Shown: positions 10,077 to 20,525, numbered from the stretch's first letter. The stretch is DNA of 64,000 nt from an uncultured virus (IMG/VR IMGVR_UViG_3300044212_000089) (IMGVR_UViG_3300044212_000089); one strand, 5' to 3'. Made by a program: numbers and translations. Notes: generated from the letters alone by a model not told the origin.

Positions 10077-12551
10077 TTATCCGGTTTGCCTTGGGAGCGC
10101 CTCCCAGAGCCTCAGGTCCTCCTGTCCGAGGGACCAGATCGCGATCCCGCGGAGCCTCCACCGGTAGGCCGCCTGATTCGCCCAGTAGACGAGCGAGTCC
10201 ACGTCCTGGTAGTAGAGGATCGAGAATCCGTCCGCGTCCCCGAGGAACAGGCGTGACAGCCAGATGTTGATGTCCCGTGGCGTGACGGTAATCGTGTAGT
10301 CGCTTCCGCATTCGAGGGCGAGCTGCGCCGAGTGGTAGAACTCGTAGTCCATGGAGATGGATTCGCTTCTCGTGGCGGGTTCCTCCACGTCGGAGGTCAG
10401 CGTGAACACCTGGAACTCGTCGTCCCATGTGCAGTCCGTGCGGCCGATCCTGCCATACTGCGTTGCGGTGCCGTCCGGGAATGTGACGTCGAAGCGCTCG
10501 TATGGCTCGTAGGTCCATGCGTCGCCCATGCGCAGAAGCTCGCACACGGTCCGGTTGTCGCTCTGGTATCCTGCCTCGCCGCCGGTGAATCCGCTGGTGC
10601 TCACGGTGAAGCGGAGCGTGGAGGACGCGCCGGAATAGACGCGCACCGTGTTTCCCCGGATCCGCATCTCGATGGTGTACATCGTGGGGGCGATCCGAAG
10701 ATCGGCCGACCGTGTCTGGCTGATGTTCTGGCCGTAGCTTCCGAGTTTCGTGCTGCCGTCCCAGAGTTCCACGGCCTGCGTGTCATAGTCGAGGCAGCAG
10801 AACAGGCTTCCGCAGAAGACCCCGGCGCGTCCGGTGCTTCCGGAGGGGAACGCGAGGCGCGCCCGAAGGTGGATGTCGCGGAAGCCGTCGTAGTTCCATG
10901 CGAATTTCCCTCTTCCGTCAAGCTGCGAGTAGACGCGCTCCTCGGAGTGGTCGTCCTCCCGCCAGATCTTCCACGAGCCGGACAGGGTCTGCCAGTAGCC
11001 GGTGTCGAGCATGCCGTAGTCCTCGAAGTCCGCGTACCAGATGAGGGCGGAGTCGGGTTTCCTGCGGAGCACCTCGGCCGTGAGCTTGAAGCCTTTGTCC
11101 GGTTGGCATTCGTTCCCGTTAACGTCGATGAGCTTCCGGGGAGAGAGCGTGAAGGACGCGGACCCGGCGGACGGCGCTTCGGAAAAAGCGGAGCAGACGC
11201 GGAACCCGTGGAACTGCACGCCCTTCACGTCGACCGACACCGTGATGGTGTGCGACCCGGCGGAAAGCGTGATCCCGTTCGCGAGGCTCGCCCAGAAGGT
11301 GCTTCTCCAGTATGGCCACCACAGGCGGGACTCCGCGAAATGTTTCCTGGTTCCGTCGATCGACACGTAGATGCCGTTCTTGTCCCAGAAGGGATAGCAG
11401 AGGCGCACCGCGATGTCGTAGGTTCCGGAGGACGGGACGGTGAAGCGGTAGGCCGCGCTCCCCGCGTCGCCCATGACGGCGATGCCGTTTTCGCTGGAGA
11501 CGATGCCCGTGTGGCTGTCCGGCGTCCCGTCGTGGTCCGCGTAGATTGTGCCGAACGTGGCTTTCTGCTGCTTGCCGTAGGCGGTCAGGTAATGATGCCG
11601 GTTGTAGGTGCCGTTCAGCTGCGGGTACTCGTAGCTTGTGGCGTCGCGGCCTTCCATGAAGTCGTAGACCTGCGGGAAGGCGTAGGGCACCTTGTTGTAG
11701 TCGTCCCAGTACGCGAGGATCGGGATGAACGGCTGCGGCGGCTTGTCGTCCGTGAAATTGTACTTGCCGGTCATCCAGTTCTTCGCCGCGTAGTAGGTGT
11801 TGGACACGCCCCGGTAGGTGTTGCCGAGGTTCTCCGGCGTGTCGTGGATCTGCCAGTTCCATCCGTAGGCGGGAAGCCCCATGAACACCTTGTCCGGTGT
11901 CATGACGCGGGATGCGTAGTCGTAGATGCCGTCCAGCCAGTCCTTCGGGGACACGGGCCCGGGGGCGGAGCCCGCCCATGCCATGCCGTAGCTCATGATG
12001 GCCGCCGTGTCGCAGTACGGGCTCAGGTCCGCGTAGACGCACCAGTTCTCGCCGCCGACCGAGCCGTTCACCGAGTCCATGCCGGGAAGGCAGATGTTGA
12101 CCTTCTTCGTGCTGTCATAGGCTTTGACCGTGTTCCAGATGTTCCGGAACATGGCGGTGGACTTGGCGTGCGTGGAGTAGTCGCCGCCCCGTTCGAGGTC
12201 GATGTCCACGCCCGCGCACCACGGGTATTTCTCCATGATCCGGACAAGCTCAGTCAGGAACTTGTCCTGCGCGCCATCCGTGTTCTCCCGGAGCGCGGTG
12301 AACACGCTGGATGTCCCGTCGTTCCGGACGGTCAGGAGCCAGGTGATGTGCGGATACCTGTTCACATAGGTGAGCATGCCGCTGATCGCCACGCCGGATT
12401 CCGTGATCGTCCCGGTCGCGTCCACCTTGAAGGAAAAGAGGCCGACCTGTGACAGGCGGTCCCCGTAGTTCTTCAGTGCGGTGTGCATCCTCGTGTTTCC
12501 CATGAACGTCCACACCATGCATTTGCGGCCTTTGAGTACATCCAGGCTCAT
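10077..12551 (-). CDS. GH18 glycoside hydrolase with large inserted beta-rich domains
   Basis: GVDIDLE (DxDxE), IMSYG, C-terminal GIAIWSLGQED. Confidence 0.85.
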   Translation of the reverse strand: MSLDVLKGRKCMVWTFMGNTRMHTALKNYGDRLSQVGLFSFKVDATGTITESGVAISGMLTYVNRYPHITWLLTVRNDGTSSVFTALRENTDGAQDKFLTELVRIMEKYPWCAGVDIDLERGGDYSTHAKSTAMFRNIWNTVKAYDSTKKVNICLPGMDSVNGSVGGENWCVYADLSPYCDTAAIMSYGMAWAGSAPGPVSPKDWLDGIYDYASRVMTPDKVFMGLPAYGWNWQIHDTPENLGNTYRGVSNTYYAAKNWMTGKYNFTDDKPPQPFIPILAYWDDYNKVPYAFPQVYDFMEGRDATSYEYPQLNGTYNRHHYLTAYGKQQKATFGTIYADHDGTPDSHTGIVSSENGIAVMGDAGSAAYRFTVPSSGTYDIAVRLCYPFWDKNGIYVSIDGTRKHFAESRLWWPYWRSTFWASLANGITLSAGSHTITVSVDVKGVQFHGFRVCSAFSEAPSAGSASFTLSPRKLIDVNGNECQPDKGFKLTAEVLRRKPDSALIWYADFEDYGMLDTGYWQTLSGSWKIWREDDHSEERVYSQLDGRGKFAWNYDGFRDIHLRARLAFPSGSTGRAGVFCGSLFCCLDYDTQAVELWDGSTKLGSYGQNISQTRSADLRIAPTMYTIEMRIRGNTVRVYSGASSTLRFTVSTSGFTGGEAGYQSDNRTVCELLRMGDAWTYEPYERFDVTFPDGTATQYGRIGRTDCTWDDEFQVFTLTSDVEEPATRSESISMDYEFYHSAQLALECGSDYTITVTPRDINIWLSRLFLGDADGFSILYYQDVDSLVYWANQAAYRWRLRGIAIWSLGQEDLRLWEALPRQTG

Positions 12552-13129
12552 ATCTGATCGCCGTCCTCCATTTCCCGGAACTCCACGTAGAGCCGTGCCG
12601 ATTTCCTGTCCTCGACCGTCACCGGATGCTTGCTGTCCCCGGCGGCGGAGTACTGGAAGAACCCGTCCTTCGAGGAGGACTCGCCGTTCTTCAGGCACTC
12701 GCGCGACGATGCGAGAAGGGAGAGCCTGTCACCGGCGGCCGCCGCGTCGGCGAAGGTCGCCTTGTGCGCTCCCGCTCCAAGGGAGAGGCTGATGCTTCCG
12801 GCCTTCATGTCCTGATTGGGCGTGATCTTCCAGTCGAGCCCCGTGCTGGTCCTGCCGAGGTTGAAGACGATGCAGGTCATGCTCCCGCGGACGATGCCGT
12901 TGTAGAAGCGTTTCCCGGAGACCGCGTATCCGTCGCCGGTCGCATAGGCCTTCTGGAGGGTCCCGGTGTTGGCGGCGTATCCGGAGAGGCGGTCTCCTTC
13001 CTGCAGCATGAGGTCGGTGAACCAGACCGTCCCCGTGCAGTCCTTCACCAGCGGTTTCACGGTGATTGAGACGATGCGCTTCTTTTCCTTTTTCGCGACG
13101 GTTTCCATGAACCTTGTGAATACCGGCAT
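12548..13129 (-). CDS. Phage tail-associated hypothetical protein
   Basis: Coupled ORF in tail cluster; DCTGTVWFTDLMLQEG resembles the neighbouring small ORF. Confidence 0.75.
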   Translation of the reverse strand: MPVFTRFMETVAKKEKKRIVSITVKPLVKDCTGTVWFTDLMLQEGDRLSGYAANTGTLQKAYATGDGYAVSGKRFYNGIVRGSMTCIVFNLGRTSTGLDWKITPNQDMKAGSISLSLGAGAHKATFADAAAAGDRLSLLASSRECLKNGESSSKDGFFQYSAAGDSKHPVTVEDRKSARLYVEFREMEDGDQI

Positions 13130-13131
13130 GA

Positions 13132-13326
13132 TCACTCACCGTCCTCGGTCCACTTGATCTCGCTGACATGCCCGACCCAGCCGGTCGCGATGGAGCCTCC
13201 CTGAAGGAGCATGTCGGTGATGGTGACGGTCCCGGTGCAGTCGGTCACGCAGACGCGGACCCGTATCTTGCCGACATGTCCGTTCTGCGGGGAGACCGCC
13301 TGCGCCACATGTGAGAATGAAGCCAT
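13132..13326 (-). CDS. Small tail-associated protein
   Basis: RBS AAGGAGG; DCTGTVTITDMLLQGG. Confidence 0.7.
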   Translation of the reverse strand: MASFSHVAQAVSPQNGHVGKIRVRVCVTDCTGTVTITDMLLQGGSIATGWVGHVSEIKWTEDGE

Positions 13327-13339
13327 TTGGGCACCTCCT

Positions 13340-14713
13340 TTACATCAGGTCGATCAACCGTGTCTCCGTCGTCCCGTCCTCGTATTCGAAGGTGACCTCC
13401 ACGCCGACCTGCCCGCTTTCGCCCATCGTGAGATCGTCCGACGCGATCTGGCAGGAGAACGTGTAGCTGTCCCGGTTCGCCGGGGTCACGGTCTGCGTCA
13501 GGCTTTTCGTGGTGCCGAGCGCGCCTTCGCATTTGAAGGAGGCCGTCCCGGAGACGCCGTTCTTCGTATCCACCTCGAATCCGGAGTTCTCCCAGTAGGA
13601 GAGGTCGGAGTCGGCTCGGGAGTTCTTCAGATGATTGAACGGCACCAGGTCCTGCATTTCCTGGCTGTCGACGAGATTCGCCCCGGCGAGCGTGTCGGCG
13701 GCGGCGTCCCACTGCGAGGAGGAGTCGCCGAGCTCCCGGAGAGTGGTCGACAGTTCGAGGACGGTGTTCCACGGTTCGCGCAGGTTGTACTCCCGGCGCA
13801 CGATCCTTGTCTTGATGGAAAGGCCCAGCTCGTCGTCCTTCACGGTCACGATGTCACCGAGCTTCCATCTCTCGTGCCCGTAGCCGGTGAGGACGGAGAG
13901 GTCCATCGCGTTCAGCACATAGGAGACGCGCGGGCTGGCGTAGTCGGCGAGACGCATGCTGGCGTACTCCAGCATCTGGTACGGGTTCGTGAAGTTCGAG
14001 CAGTCGAGCGTGGATATGCGGGTCTCGTCCGTGTACGTGGTGTCCTCGACGTACTCCTTGCCGTCATTGATGGACGCGAAGGTCATGCCGTCCTTGCCGT
14101 AGGCGTAGAGCCGTGTGATGAGGCTCTGCGTGTCGATGACGCGCTTGATGGACTTCATGTTCTTCCTGTAGCAGAAGAGCGCGCCGGAGTCCGTGCCGCT
14201 GAAGGCCAGAAGGCTCACGGTCCTGTTCCTGTTGTCGAAGATGAGGTCGCCTCCGTGGAGGTCCTGCACCTTCCTCAGGACCGCGAGGGCGTTTTTCTCC
14301 GTGGAAGTCCAGGTGCGCTTCGTGCGGACGTTGACGGTTCCGAGCGTCCAGCCGGTGTCCTTAAGCGCGTAGGCCATCGGGACGTCCGCCGTGTCCGCGT
14401 TGAAGGTCTGCTCCGTTTTCTTCACGGAGAACCCGAGGTCGTAGAACGCGGCCTCGGCGTACACGGAGGTGATGGCGGTGCCCTGCTCGCTCTTCTCGTC
14501 CGTGATCGTGCGGATGCGGTAGGTGTCGCCGCCGACGGAGACCTGTTTCTCGTTTTCGAGATGCTGCCGCTTGACGTCGCGGAACGGGAGGTTGAATTCC
14601 AGCGTGTCGATGCCGTTGATCTCGCCGGTGACGATGATGTCGTAGGCGTTTTCGAGCACGGCCTCCGTGTTGTCGTCGCTGTCAAGGACGACGAGGTTTG
14701 TCTGGTCTGCCAT
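13340..14713 (-). CDS. Tail spike / Tal-like minor structural protein
   Basis: Follows the distal tail gene; YRKNMKSIKR...TRLYAYG pattern. Confidence 0.8.
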   Translation of the reverse strand: MADQTNLVVLDSDDNTEAVLENAYDIIVTGEINGIDTLEFNLPFRDVKRQHLENEKQVSVGGDTYRIRTITDEKSEQGTAITSVYAEAAFYDLGFSVKKTEQTFNADTADVPMAYALKDTGWTLGTVNVRTKRTWTSTEKNALAVLRKVQDLHGGDLIFDNRNRTVSLLAFSGTDSGALFCYRKNMKSIKRVIDTQSLITRLYAYGKDGMTFASINDGKEYVEDTTYTDETRISTLDCSNFTNPYQMLEYASMRLADYASPRVSYVLNAMDLSVLTGYGHERWKLGDIVTVKDDELGLSIKTRIVRREYNLREPWNTVLELSTTLRELGDSSSQWDAAADTLAGANLVDSQEMQDLVPFNHLKNSRADSDLSYWENSGFEVDTKNGVSGTASFKCEGALGTTKSLTQTVTPANRDSYTFSCQIASDDLTMGESGQVGVEVTFEYEDGTTETRLIDLM

Positions 14714-14719
14714 TTTGCG

Positions 14720-16624
14720 TCACCTCCATCTGCTTCGTGCGTTGATGACGAGTCTTTTGAATGCCGATTCCCCCGGAACGGACAGGCTGATCCCCTTGAG
14801 TGTCGGGGTTTTGCCTGTGTCGGTTGTCGTGAGCGTGAGCCGGAAGCGGATGTATTGCCCCGCCGCGGACTTGACGCTTCCGTCATCCCCGGGCGTCGCC
14901 CAGTCGCTCCAGGTCGCAAGGTCGTCCGATGTCGAGGTCTCGATGCTGATCCCGGTCCCGTCCGGCAGGTCCGCGTCCACGGAGGCAAGGCAGGTGCCTT
15001 CGATCCCGTAGGCGATGGCCGCGGTGGTGAGCGTCCCGGACGATGGGTATGCGCCGCTCGTGGCTTTCAGGGTCACGGCGTTTTCGGTCGTGAGCCCGTC
15101 CACGCTGGCGTCGGAGTCCGCGGCGTTCGCTGACAGGGATTCCCTGAGCCACAGGGAGATGTCGTCCGCGGTGAGGCTGGAGTCGCAGTCGAGGAACCAG
15201 TCGTCGAAGTTCCCCGCGTACCAGTAGGAGTCGGCGTGCATGCCCCAGACGAGATCCGCCGTGCAGGACGCGTTGAGCGTCCCGGTGAAGCCGAGGACGT
15301 CGGACTGCCAGACCGCGCCGGTGCTCCGGCTGCCGAGGATGTACTGGGCGGTCTTGGCAACCGGCTTGATGAGGCAGGCGATGAAATACCAGGCGGCGTT
15401 CTCCAGCGTGAAGGACGGCGTCACGGACTGGTCGAGGATCAGCGTGCCGGTCGAATCGTAGAGCATGATCCTCGGTTTTCCGGACAGGAGCGACAGGTAG
15501 AGGATCGGCTGGCCCGGGCCGTAGCGCGTGTTGAAAAGCGGGCAGAACGTGTTTCCGACCGAGTAGGTGGTCGGCATGAACCATCCGCCGACGGCGATCG
15601 TTTCGCCGAGCGTCTGGAAGATCGTGCCGTCGTTCGTGACCTTGAGGTAGGTCCTCTCGGTCGACGGGTCGTTGATGTTCATCCGGAAGGATCGTCCGAG
15701 ATGCCCGGTCGGAAGGCTTGCGGTCGTTCCGCTCCAGCCGCTGATCACCGCGCTCCGGCTTTTGCCGGAGGAGTCCGCAAGGCTCGTATTCGAGTCAGGT
15801 TCGGATTCGTTGAACCGCCACAGGCCGTCTGCTCCCCATGGGGATGGCACCTGTCCGGTGAACGCGTCCTGCGTGTTCATCTGCTTCACGACCTTCGTCG
15901 TGCTGCTGTCCGCGTCGACCGCGAGCGTGTTCTCCCCGGCCTTGAGCTTCGGGAAGTCCAGGCTGTCGATGAGCGGAAGGCCGTTCCGGAGCGTGTTCCC
16001 GTCCGCGTCCGTGACCTTTGCCGTCATGAGCGAGGAGTCGATCACGAGGATCTCGTCCTTGGTGAGCCTTCCGCTTATTTCGAGCGCCTTGCCGTTTGTG
16101 GTGATGATAGCCTTTTTGTCCTTCGTGAGCTCCGCCGAGAGGGAGTAGACCGGGAGGGAGTCCGCGTTCCCGAGGCTCCGGCTTACCATGAAGGTGCCGG
16201 GCTCGGTGAACCCGTAGGTCTCGTCCGCCTCGGCGTAGGCGTACGGGTCCGGGCACAGGAACGTGAGGTCGAAGGTGCAGGAGTTCCGCACAGCCTTGTC
16301 GAAGGAGAATCCGCCTTCGAGCCTTGCCCGGTATACGCGTCCGGGCTCTTTGTCGAGGATGAGGTCCTTGAGGCCGCTATCCGGGTTCAGCCATGCGATG
16401 ATCTCGTCCTTACGTGCGAGGAACTCCTCGTCGGATCTGCCCGGCGGGATGAAACAGGAGATCTCGATCTTTCGTTCTCCGATGGTCTCCCCGAAGTCGA
16501 ACACGCCCTCGCGTCCCGGGACGGTGACCGTGTTATTGGTGAAGTCCGGCATCCTGTTTTCCTTCGTCTGCCGTGTGGCAAGGCCGAAGCTCTGGGATGT
16601 CCGTCCGTTGAATCTGAATCCCAT
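14720..16624 (-). CDS. Distal tail protein (Dit) with LamG/ConA-like extension
   Basis: MGFRFNG, VPGREG and FLCPDPYAY Dit signature; GLWRFNE...WYFIA...GNFDD domain. Confidence 0.8.
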   Translation of the reverse strand: MGFRFNGRTSQSFGLATRQTKENRMPDFTNNTVTVPGREGVFDFGETIGERKIEISCFIPPGRSDEEFLARKDEIIAWLNPDSGLKDLILDKEPGRVYRARLEGGFSFDKAVRNSCTFDLTFLCPDPYAYAEADETYGFTEPGTFMVSRSLGNADSLPVYSLSAELTKDKKAIITTNGKALEISGRLTKDEILVIDSSLMTAKVTDADGNTLRNGLPLIDSLDFPKLKAGENTLAVDADSSTTKVVKQMNTQDAFTGQVPSPWGADGLWRFNESEPDSNTSLADSSGKSRSAVISGWSGTTASLPTGHLGRSFRMNINDPSTERTYLKVTNDGTIFQTLGETIAVGGWFMPTTYSVGNTFCPLFNTRYGPGQPILYLSLLSGKPRIMLYDSTGTLILDQSVTPSFTLENAAWYFIACLIKPVAKTAQYILGSRSTGAVWQSDVLGFTGTLNASCTADLVWGMHADSYWYAGNFDDWFLDCDSSLTADDISLWLRESLSANAADSDASVDGLTTENAVTLKATSGAYPSSGTLTTAAIAYGIEGTCLASVDADLPDGTGISIETSTSDDLATWSDWATPGDDGSVKSAAGQYIRFRLTLTTTDTGKTPTLKGISLSVPGESAFKRLVINARSRWR

Positions 16625-19342
16625 TTAGATCACCGTTCCTTTCGCGCGGCGGCTTCCCACGAGCAGGGTGTTGAGCTGCTGGGAGATTTTCCGGATATCG
16701 TCATCGTTCCGTACGCTCATCGTCTCGATGTTGATGAGAGGGCCGTTGTTGCCCGTGGAGGCATCGCTCACGGCGTCGCGAATCATGGAGCGAAGGGGGC
16801 CTGTGCCGACGACGGCCTCGTCCCCGGCCTCGCCTCCGCCAAGAAGCGTGCCGTTCGACTGTCCGAAGATCGTCGCGTCCTTCAGGATCATGCCGCCTTC
16901 CATCGCCTTCTTGTACCAGGAGACGGAGAAGTGCGGGATGCTCGGCGGGTTCAGGCTAAAGCTTCCGGTTATGGAGAAGTGCGGGAGCTTGATCTTCGGC
17001 AGGCTCCACTTGAAGTTGAAGACATTCTCGAGCTTTCCGACGATCCCGGAGACGAAGCTCCAGATGCCGTTGAACACGGAGGAGAACGTGCCCTTGATGC
17101 CGTTCAGGATCCCGGAGATCGTGCTCTTGATCGTATTGAACGCTCCGGTGATGCCGCTCTTCATCGTGTTCACGACAGCCATCACGGCCGACTTGATGCC
17201 GTTCCAGATCGAGGTCACGACGGACTTCACGCCATAGAGGATGGTGCTGGTCGCGGTCCCGATGGCGTTCCATGCCGTGGAAACGGCGGTGCCGATCGCG
17301 CCCGCGACGGTGGTGATCACGGTCCTGATCGCGTTCCATATGGTGCTGACCACGGCCTGGATGGCTGTGAGAACCGTCGTGATGACTGTCTTGTAGATAT
17401 TGAAGTAGGTCGTCACCACGGTCTGGATCGCCGTGAATATGGTCGTGAGGAACGATGTGATGCCGTTCCAGATGGTCTGGATCACGGTGCTGATCGCGTT
17501 CATGACCGTTTCGACGACGGTCCTGATTCCGTTCCATGCGCCGGAGAGGAATGTGCCGATTCCCGTCACGGCGGTGGTGAACACGCTGGTGATCGCCGTC
17601 CAGATCGTCGTGAAGAAGTCCTTGATCGCCGTGAACACCGTGACCGCGACCTGCTGGATGTTGTCCCAGAGGCCGGTCCAGAAGTCCCGGAAGCTCTCGC
17701 AGTTGTTCCACAGGTAGACGAACGCGGCGACGAGAAGCCCGATGGCGGTGATGACGAGGCCGATCGGGTTCGCCGCCATGGTCGCGTTGAGCCCGGTCAT
17801 GACGGTCTTCACCGCGGTGATCGCCGAGGTGACCTTCGGGATGACGGTGAGGATCGTCCCCACCGATGTGATCAGCTTTCCGACGATGATGAGCACGGGT
17901 CCAACGGCCGCGGCGACGAGCGCGATCTTCACGATGGTCTCCTGAACGGGGCCGGGGATGGTGTTCCAGACGTCCGCGAACCTCTGGAGCGCTGCGGAAA
18001 TGTCCTGCAGGACTGGCTGGAGGACGGTTGCGAGGCTGTTTCCGATGTCCGCCCCGACTTCCTTCAGGGAGTTCAGGGTCATCTGGAACTGGTCGATCGG
18101 GTCGAGCGTCTCGTTGAAGGTGTTCTCCACGCTGCCGGAGAAGTCGCCGAGCGTGCCGGACAGGTCGTCGAGGTTGAGTTTCCCGCTCTGCACGGCGTTG
18201 TAGATGGACGCGCCCGCCTTGCTTCCGAACAGGTCGTAGGCAGCCTGCAGCTTCTCGGTGTCCGACTTGTTGGAGTTCATCGTGTCGGAGAAGCCCTTGA
18301 GCGCCTCGTCGAGGGTCATGCCGTCGTCCGCGGCGTTTTTCATGGCCTTCTTGAGACCGGCCATCGCCGTGGAGGTGTCAAGGCCGGACATCTCGACCAT
18401 GCCCATGAATCCGGCGGCCTGCTGGGCGGTGAGTCCCATCTCCTTGAACTGCGCGGCGTTCTGCGAGAGGTCGTTCGCCAGCGTGTCCATGGAGATTCCG
18501 GTCGCCTGCCCGGTGGTGTTGAGCGCGTCGAGGAGGTCGCCCGCGTCGTCCGTGGACTGCCCGAAGGCGTTCAGGACGGAGGAGACATTGTCGACGGAGG
18601 TGGACACGTCCGTGTCATTGAGCTGCGCGAACTTGATGAACTTTCCGGACAGGTCCTCCAATGCCTGCCCGGTGAGCCCGAACCTCGTGTTGACCTCTCC
18701 GACGGCGGCGCCCGCGGTCTCGAAGTCCGTCGGGATCCGGGTCGCGAGGTTCTTGACACTCTGCTGCATGTCCTCGAGCGCCTGCCCGGACGCGCCGGTT
18801 TTCTGCGTCACGATGTCGAGCCCGGAATCCACCTCGCCGAACGCGGCAAGGGAGGCCGCGCCGATCGCTGTGATGGGCGCGGTCACGCCCTTGGAGAGGG
18901 ACTCCCCGACGCCACTGATCTTGCCGCCGACCTCCTGCATCTTGGAGCCGGTCTCCTTCAGGGTTGCGGAGATGGAGGAGTCGGTGTCCTTCGCTTCCTT
19001 TTCGAGGTTCTTGAGCTCCTGTTCGGTGGCGATGATCTCGCGCTGCCATGCGTCGTACTGCTCCTGCGTGACGCTGCCGTTCCCGAGGCCCTCGTCCATC
19101 TGGTCCTGCACGGACTTGAGCTGTGTGAGCTTGTCCTTGGTCTCCGCCACCGCCTGCGAGAGGAGCTTCTGCTTCTGGGCGATGAGCTCGGAGTTGGTCG
19201 GGTCGAGCTTCAGGAGCTTGTTCACGTCCTTGAGCTGGGACTGGGTGTTTCGGATCTCCTTGTTGACGCCGGACAGCGCCTTCGAAAGACCGGTCGTATC
19301 GCCGCCGATCTCGACCGTGATGCCTTTGATTCTGTCAGCCAT
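16625..19342 (-). CDS. Tail tape measure protein
   Basis: 905 aa; RIKGITVEIGGDT start; periodic W/F repeats. Confidence 0.93.
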   Translation of the reverse strand: MADRIKGITVEIGGDTTGLSKALSGVNKEIRNTQSQLKDVNKLLKLDPTNSELIAQKQKLLSQAVAETKDKLTQLKSVQDQMDEGLGNGSVTQEQYDAWQREIIATEQELKNLEKEAKDTDSSISATLKETGSKMQEVGGKISGVGESLSKGVTAPITAIGAASLAAFGEVDSGLDIVTQKTGASGQALEDMQQSVKNLATRIPTDFETAGAAVGEVNTRFGLTGQALEDLSGKFIKFAQLNDTDVSTSVDNVSSVLNAFGQSTDDAGDLLDALNTTGQATGISMDTLANDLSQNAAQFKEMGLTAQQAAGFMGMVEMSGLDTSTAMAGLKKAMKNAADDGMTLDEALKGFSDTMNSNKSDTEKLQAAYDLFGSKAGASIYNAVQSGKLNLDDLSGTLGDFSGSVENTFNETLDPIDQFQMTLNSLKEVGADIGNSLATVLQPVLQDISAALQRFADVWNTIPGPVQETIVKIALVAAAVGPVLIIVGKLITSVGTILTVIPKVTSAITAVKTVMTGLNATMAANPIGLVITAIGLLVAAFVYLWNNCESFRDFWTGLWDNIQQVAVTVFTAIKDFFTTIWTAITSVFTTAVTGIGTFLSGAWNGIRTVVETVMNAISTVIQTIWNGITSFLTTIFTAIQTVVTTYFNIYKTVITTVLTAIQAVVSTIWNAIRTVITTVAGAIGTAVSTAWNAIGTATSTILYGVKSVVTSIWNGIKSAVMAVVNTMKSGITGAFNTIKSTISGILNGIKGTFSSVFNGIWSFVSGIVGKLENVFNFKWSLPKIKLPHFSITGSFSLNPPSIPHFSVSWYKKAMEGGMILKDATIFGQSNGTLLGGGEAGDEAVVGTGPLRSMIRDAVSDASTGNNGPLINIETMSVRNDDDIRKISQQLNTLLVGSRRAKGTVI

Positions 19343-19357
19343 ACGTAGCCTCCTTCC

Positions 19358-19522
19358 TTAGAATCTGTCCATCATTTCCTGTGTCGCGATTTCCGGGTAG
19401 TCCCAGTCGTCGTTGCTCATCTCCGCGTACATGTCGTTGACGGTGCCGATCGTCAGGAGGTCGAGCTCCGAGATGGAAAGCCCGATCTGCACGCAGCGGA
19501 GCAGGAAGAGCGGGGTCGTCAT
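19358..19522 (-). CDS. Tail assembly chaperone C-terminal (T) frame; not in the ORF track
   Basis: MTTPLFLLRCVQIGLS...QEMMDRF, in the -1 frame after the A8 slippery run. Confidence 0.75.
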   Translation of the reverse strand: MTTPLFLLRCVQIGLSISELDLLTIGTVNDMYAEMSNDDWDYPEIATQEMMDRF

Positions 19523-19896
19523 TTCCCGCTCTGTCGCATGCCGTTTTTTTTAACGGCCACCTCCTGCTCCGTGTTGAGCCCCCACAGCTCGATGATCTGC
19601 GGCAGGATCTCGTAGATCGAGAACGTGCCGAACTCGTCCAGCCATTCCTCCGGAGTGTCCGGAACGGTCTTGTCCGCGTGCTTCGCCATGAGCCACGCGA
19701 TGTTCTCGAACAGCTCGAGGCTGAACGTGTCAAGGCTGGAGTTCTCGGCGTCGCTTTCGTCGATGCCTTTCTGCAGCTCGCTCAGGTCGCGGTAGATGTC
19801 CCTGTGGAACTTGTTCCGGTAGAGCCTCGGGATCGCGGCGGACGCGCGGAACGTCACCTGCCTGCCGTCAACTTCTATTGTCTTTGTCACTGCCAT
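19519..19896 (-). CDS. Tail assembly chaperone (G)
   Basis: Between major tail and tape measure genes; ends VKKNG over GTT AAA AAA AAC. Confidence 0.85.
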   Translation of the reverse strand: MAVTKTIEVDGRQVTFRASAAIPRLYRNKFHRDIYRDLSELQKGIDESDAENSSLDTFSLELFENIAWLMAKHADKTVPDTPEEWLDEFGTFSIYEILPQIIELWGLNTEQEVAVKKNGMRQSGK

Positions 19897-19907
19897 GTGT
19901 TCTCACC

Positions 19908-20525
19908 TCACTCGCTCGTGCCGCTCGTGGACGAGGAACCCGTGGATGAGGATGCCGCGGTCGACGACGGCTCGTAGACCTTGTCGTACCATGCGTCGTA
20001 CACGGCGTCGGTGGTGTTCGTGCCGGTCTTGACCTTCACGAGCCCGGACGGGAGCGGGGACACGGTGAGGGAAAGGGTCTCCGTTTGCACGTCCGTGGAG
20101 TCCTCCTTCGTGGAGCCGGACACGGACGGGCGGGTCGCCGAGCAGTAGTACATGCAGTGGCGGATCTTCCGCTGGTCGCCGGAGAACTCGAAGAGGAGAG
20201 CGAAATGCTCCGGCTCCACGTCCTTGTTCTCGGCGATGACGCCATTGGCGTCCTCCGTCTCGTGCATCACGTCCGTGAGGAAGCTCTCCGGGATGAGGGC
20301 GAGCTCGAAGTCGCCGGAATACCCGTTGTTGTTCGAGACCATGTAGTACACGGAGTCGTCCGCGTAGAACGGGTCGTTGTCGCCCTCCGCGTCAAGGGAG
20401 AGCGATACCGCGCCGGGCATGGCGACGGGCGTGCCGAACGTGACCGTACCGTCCTCGGCGAGCGTCGCGATCGCGTAATGGCAGTTCCTGAGGCCGAACT
20501 TGACCTTGTTTCTCTTGTTAGCCAT
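19908..20525 (-). CDS. Major tail protein (phi13-like)
   Basis: KVKFGL, FYADD, FALLFEF motifs. Confidence 0.9.
   Translation of the reverse strand: MANKRNKVKFGLRNCHYAIATLAEDGTVTFGTPVAMPGAVSLSLDAEGDNDPFYADDSVYYMVSNNNGYSGDFELALIPESFLTDVMHETEDANGVIAENKDVEPEHFALLFEFSGDQRKIRHCMYYCSATRPSVSGSTKEDSTDVQTETLSLTVSPLPSGLVKVKTGTNTTDAVYDAWYDKVYEPSSTAASSSTGSSSTSGTSE

Noticed and set aside
17050..17700. Repetitive DNA in the tape measure gene
   Set aside because: Ordinary protein-level periodic repeats; no reverse transcriptase or template/variable repeat pair seen.
15236..19348. 1370-aa plus-strand ORF and similar long ORFs (10332-12452, 13211-15133, 29110-31236, 61441-63048)
   Set aside because: Antisense shadows of GC3-rich real genes; no motifs or RBS.
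19335..19733. 132-aa ORF as the chaperone frameshift product
   Set aside because: Wrong frame; the -1 frame is the one ending at 19358.
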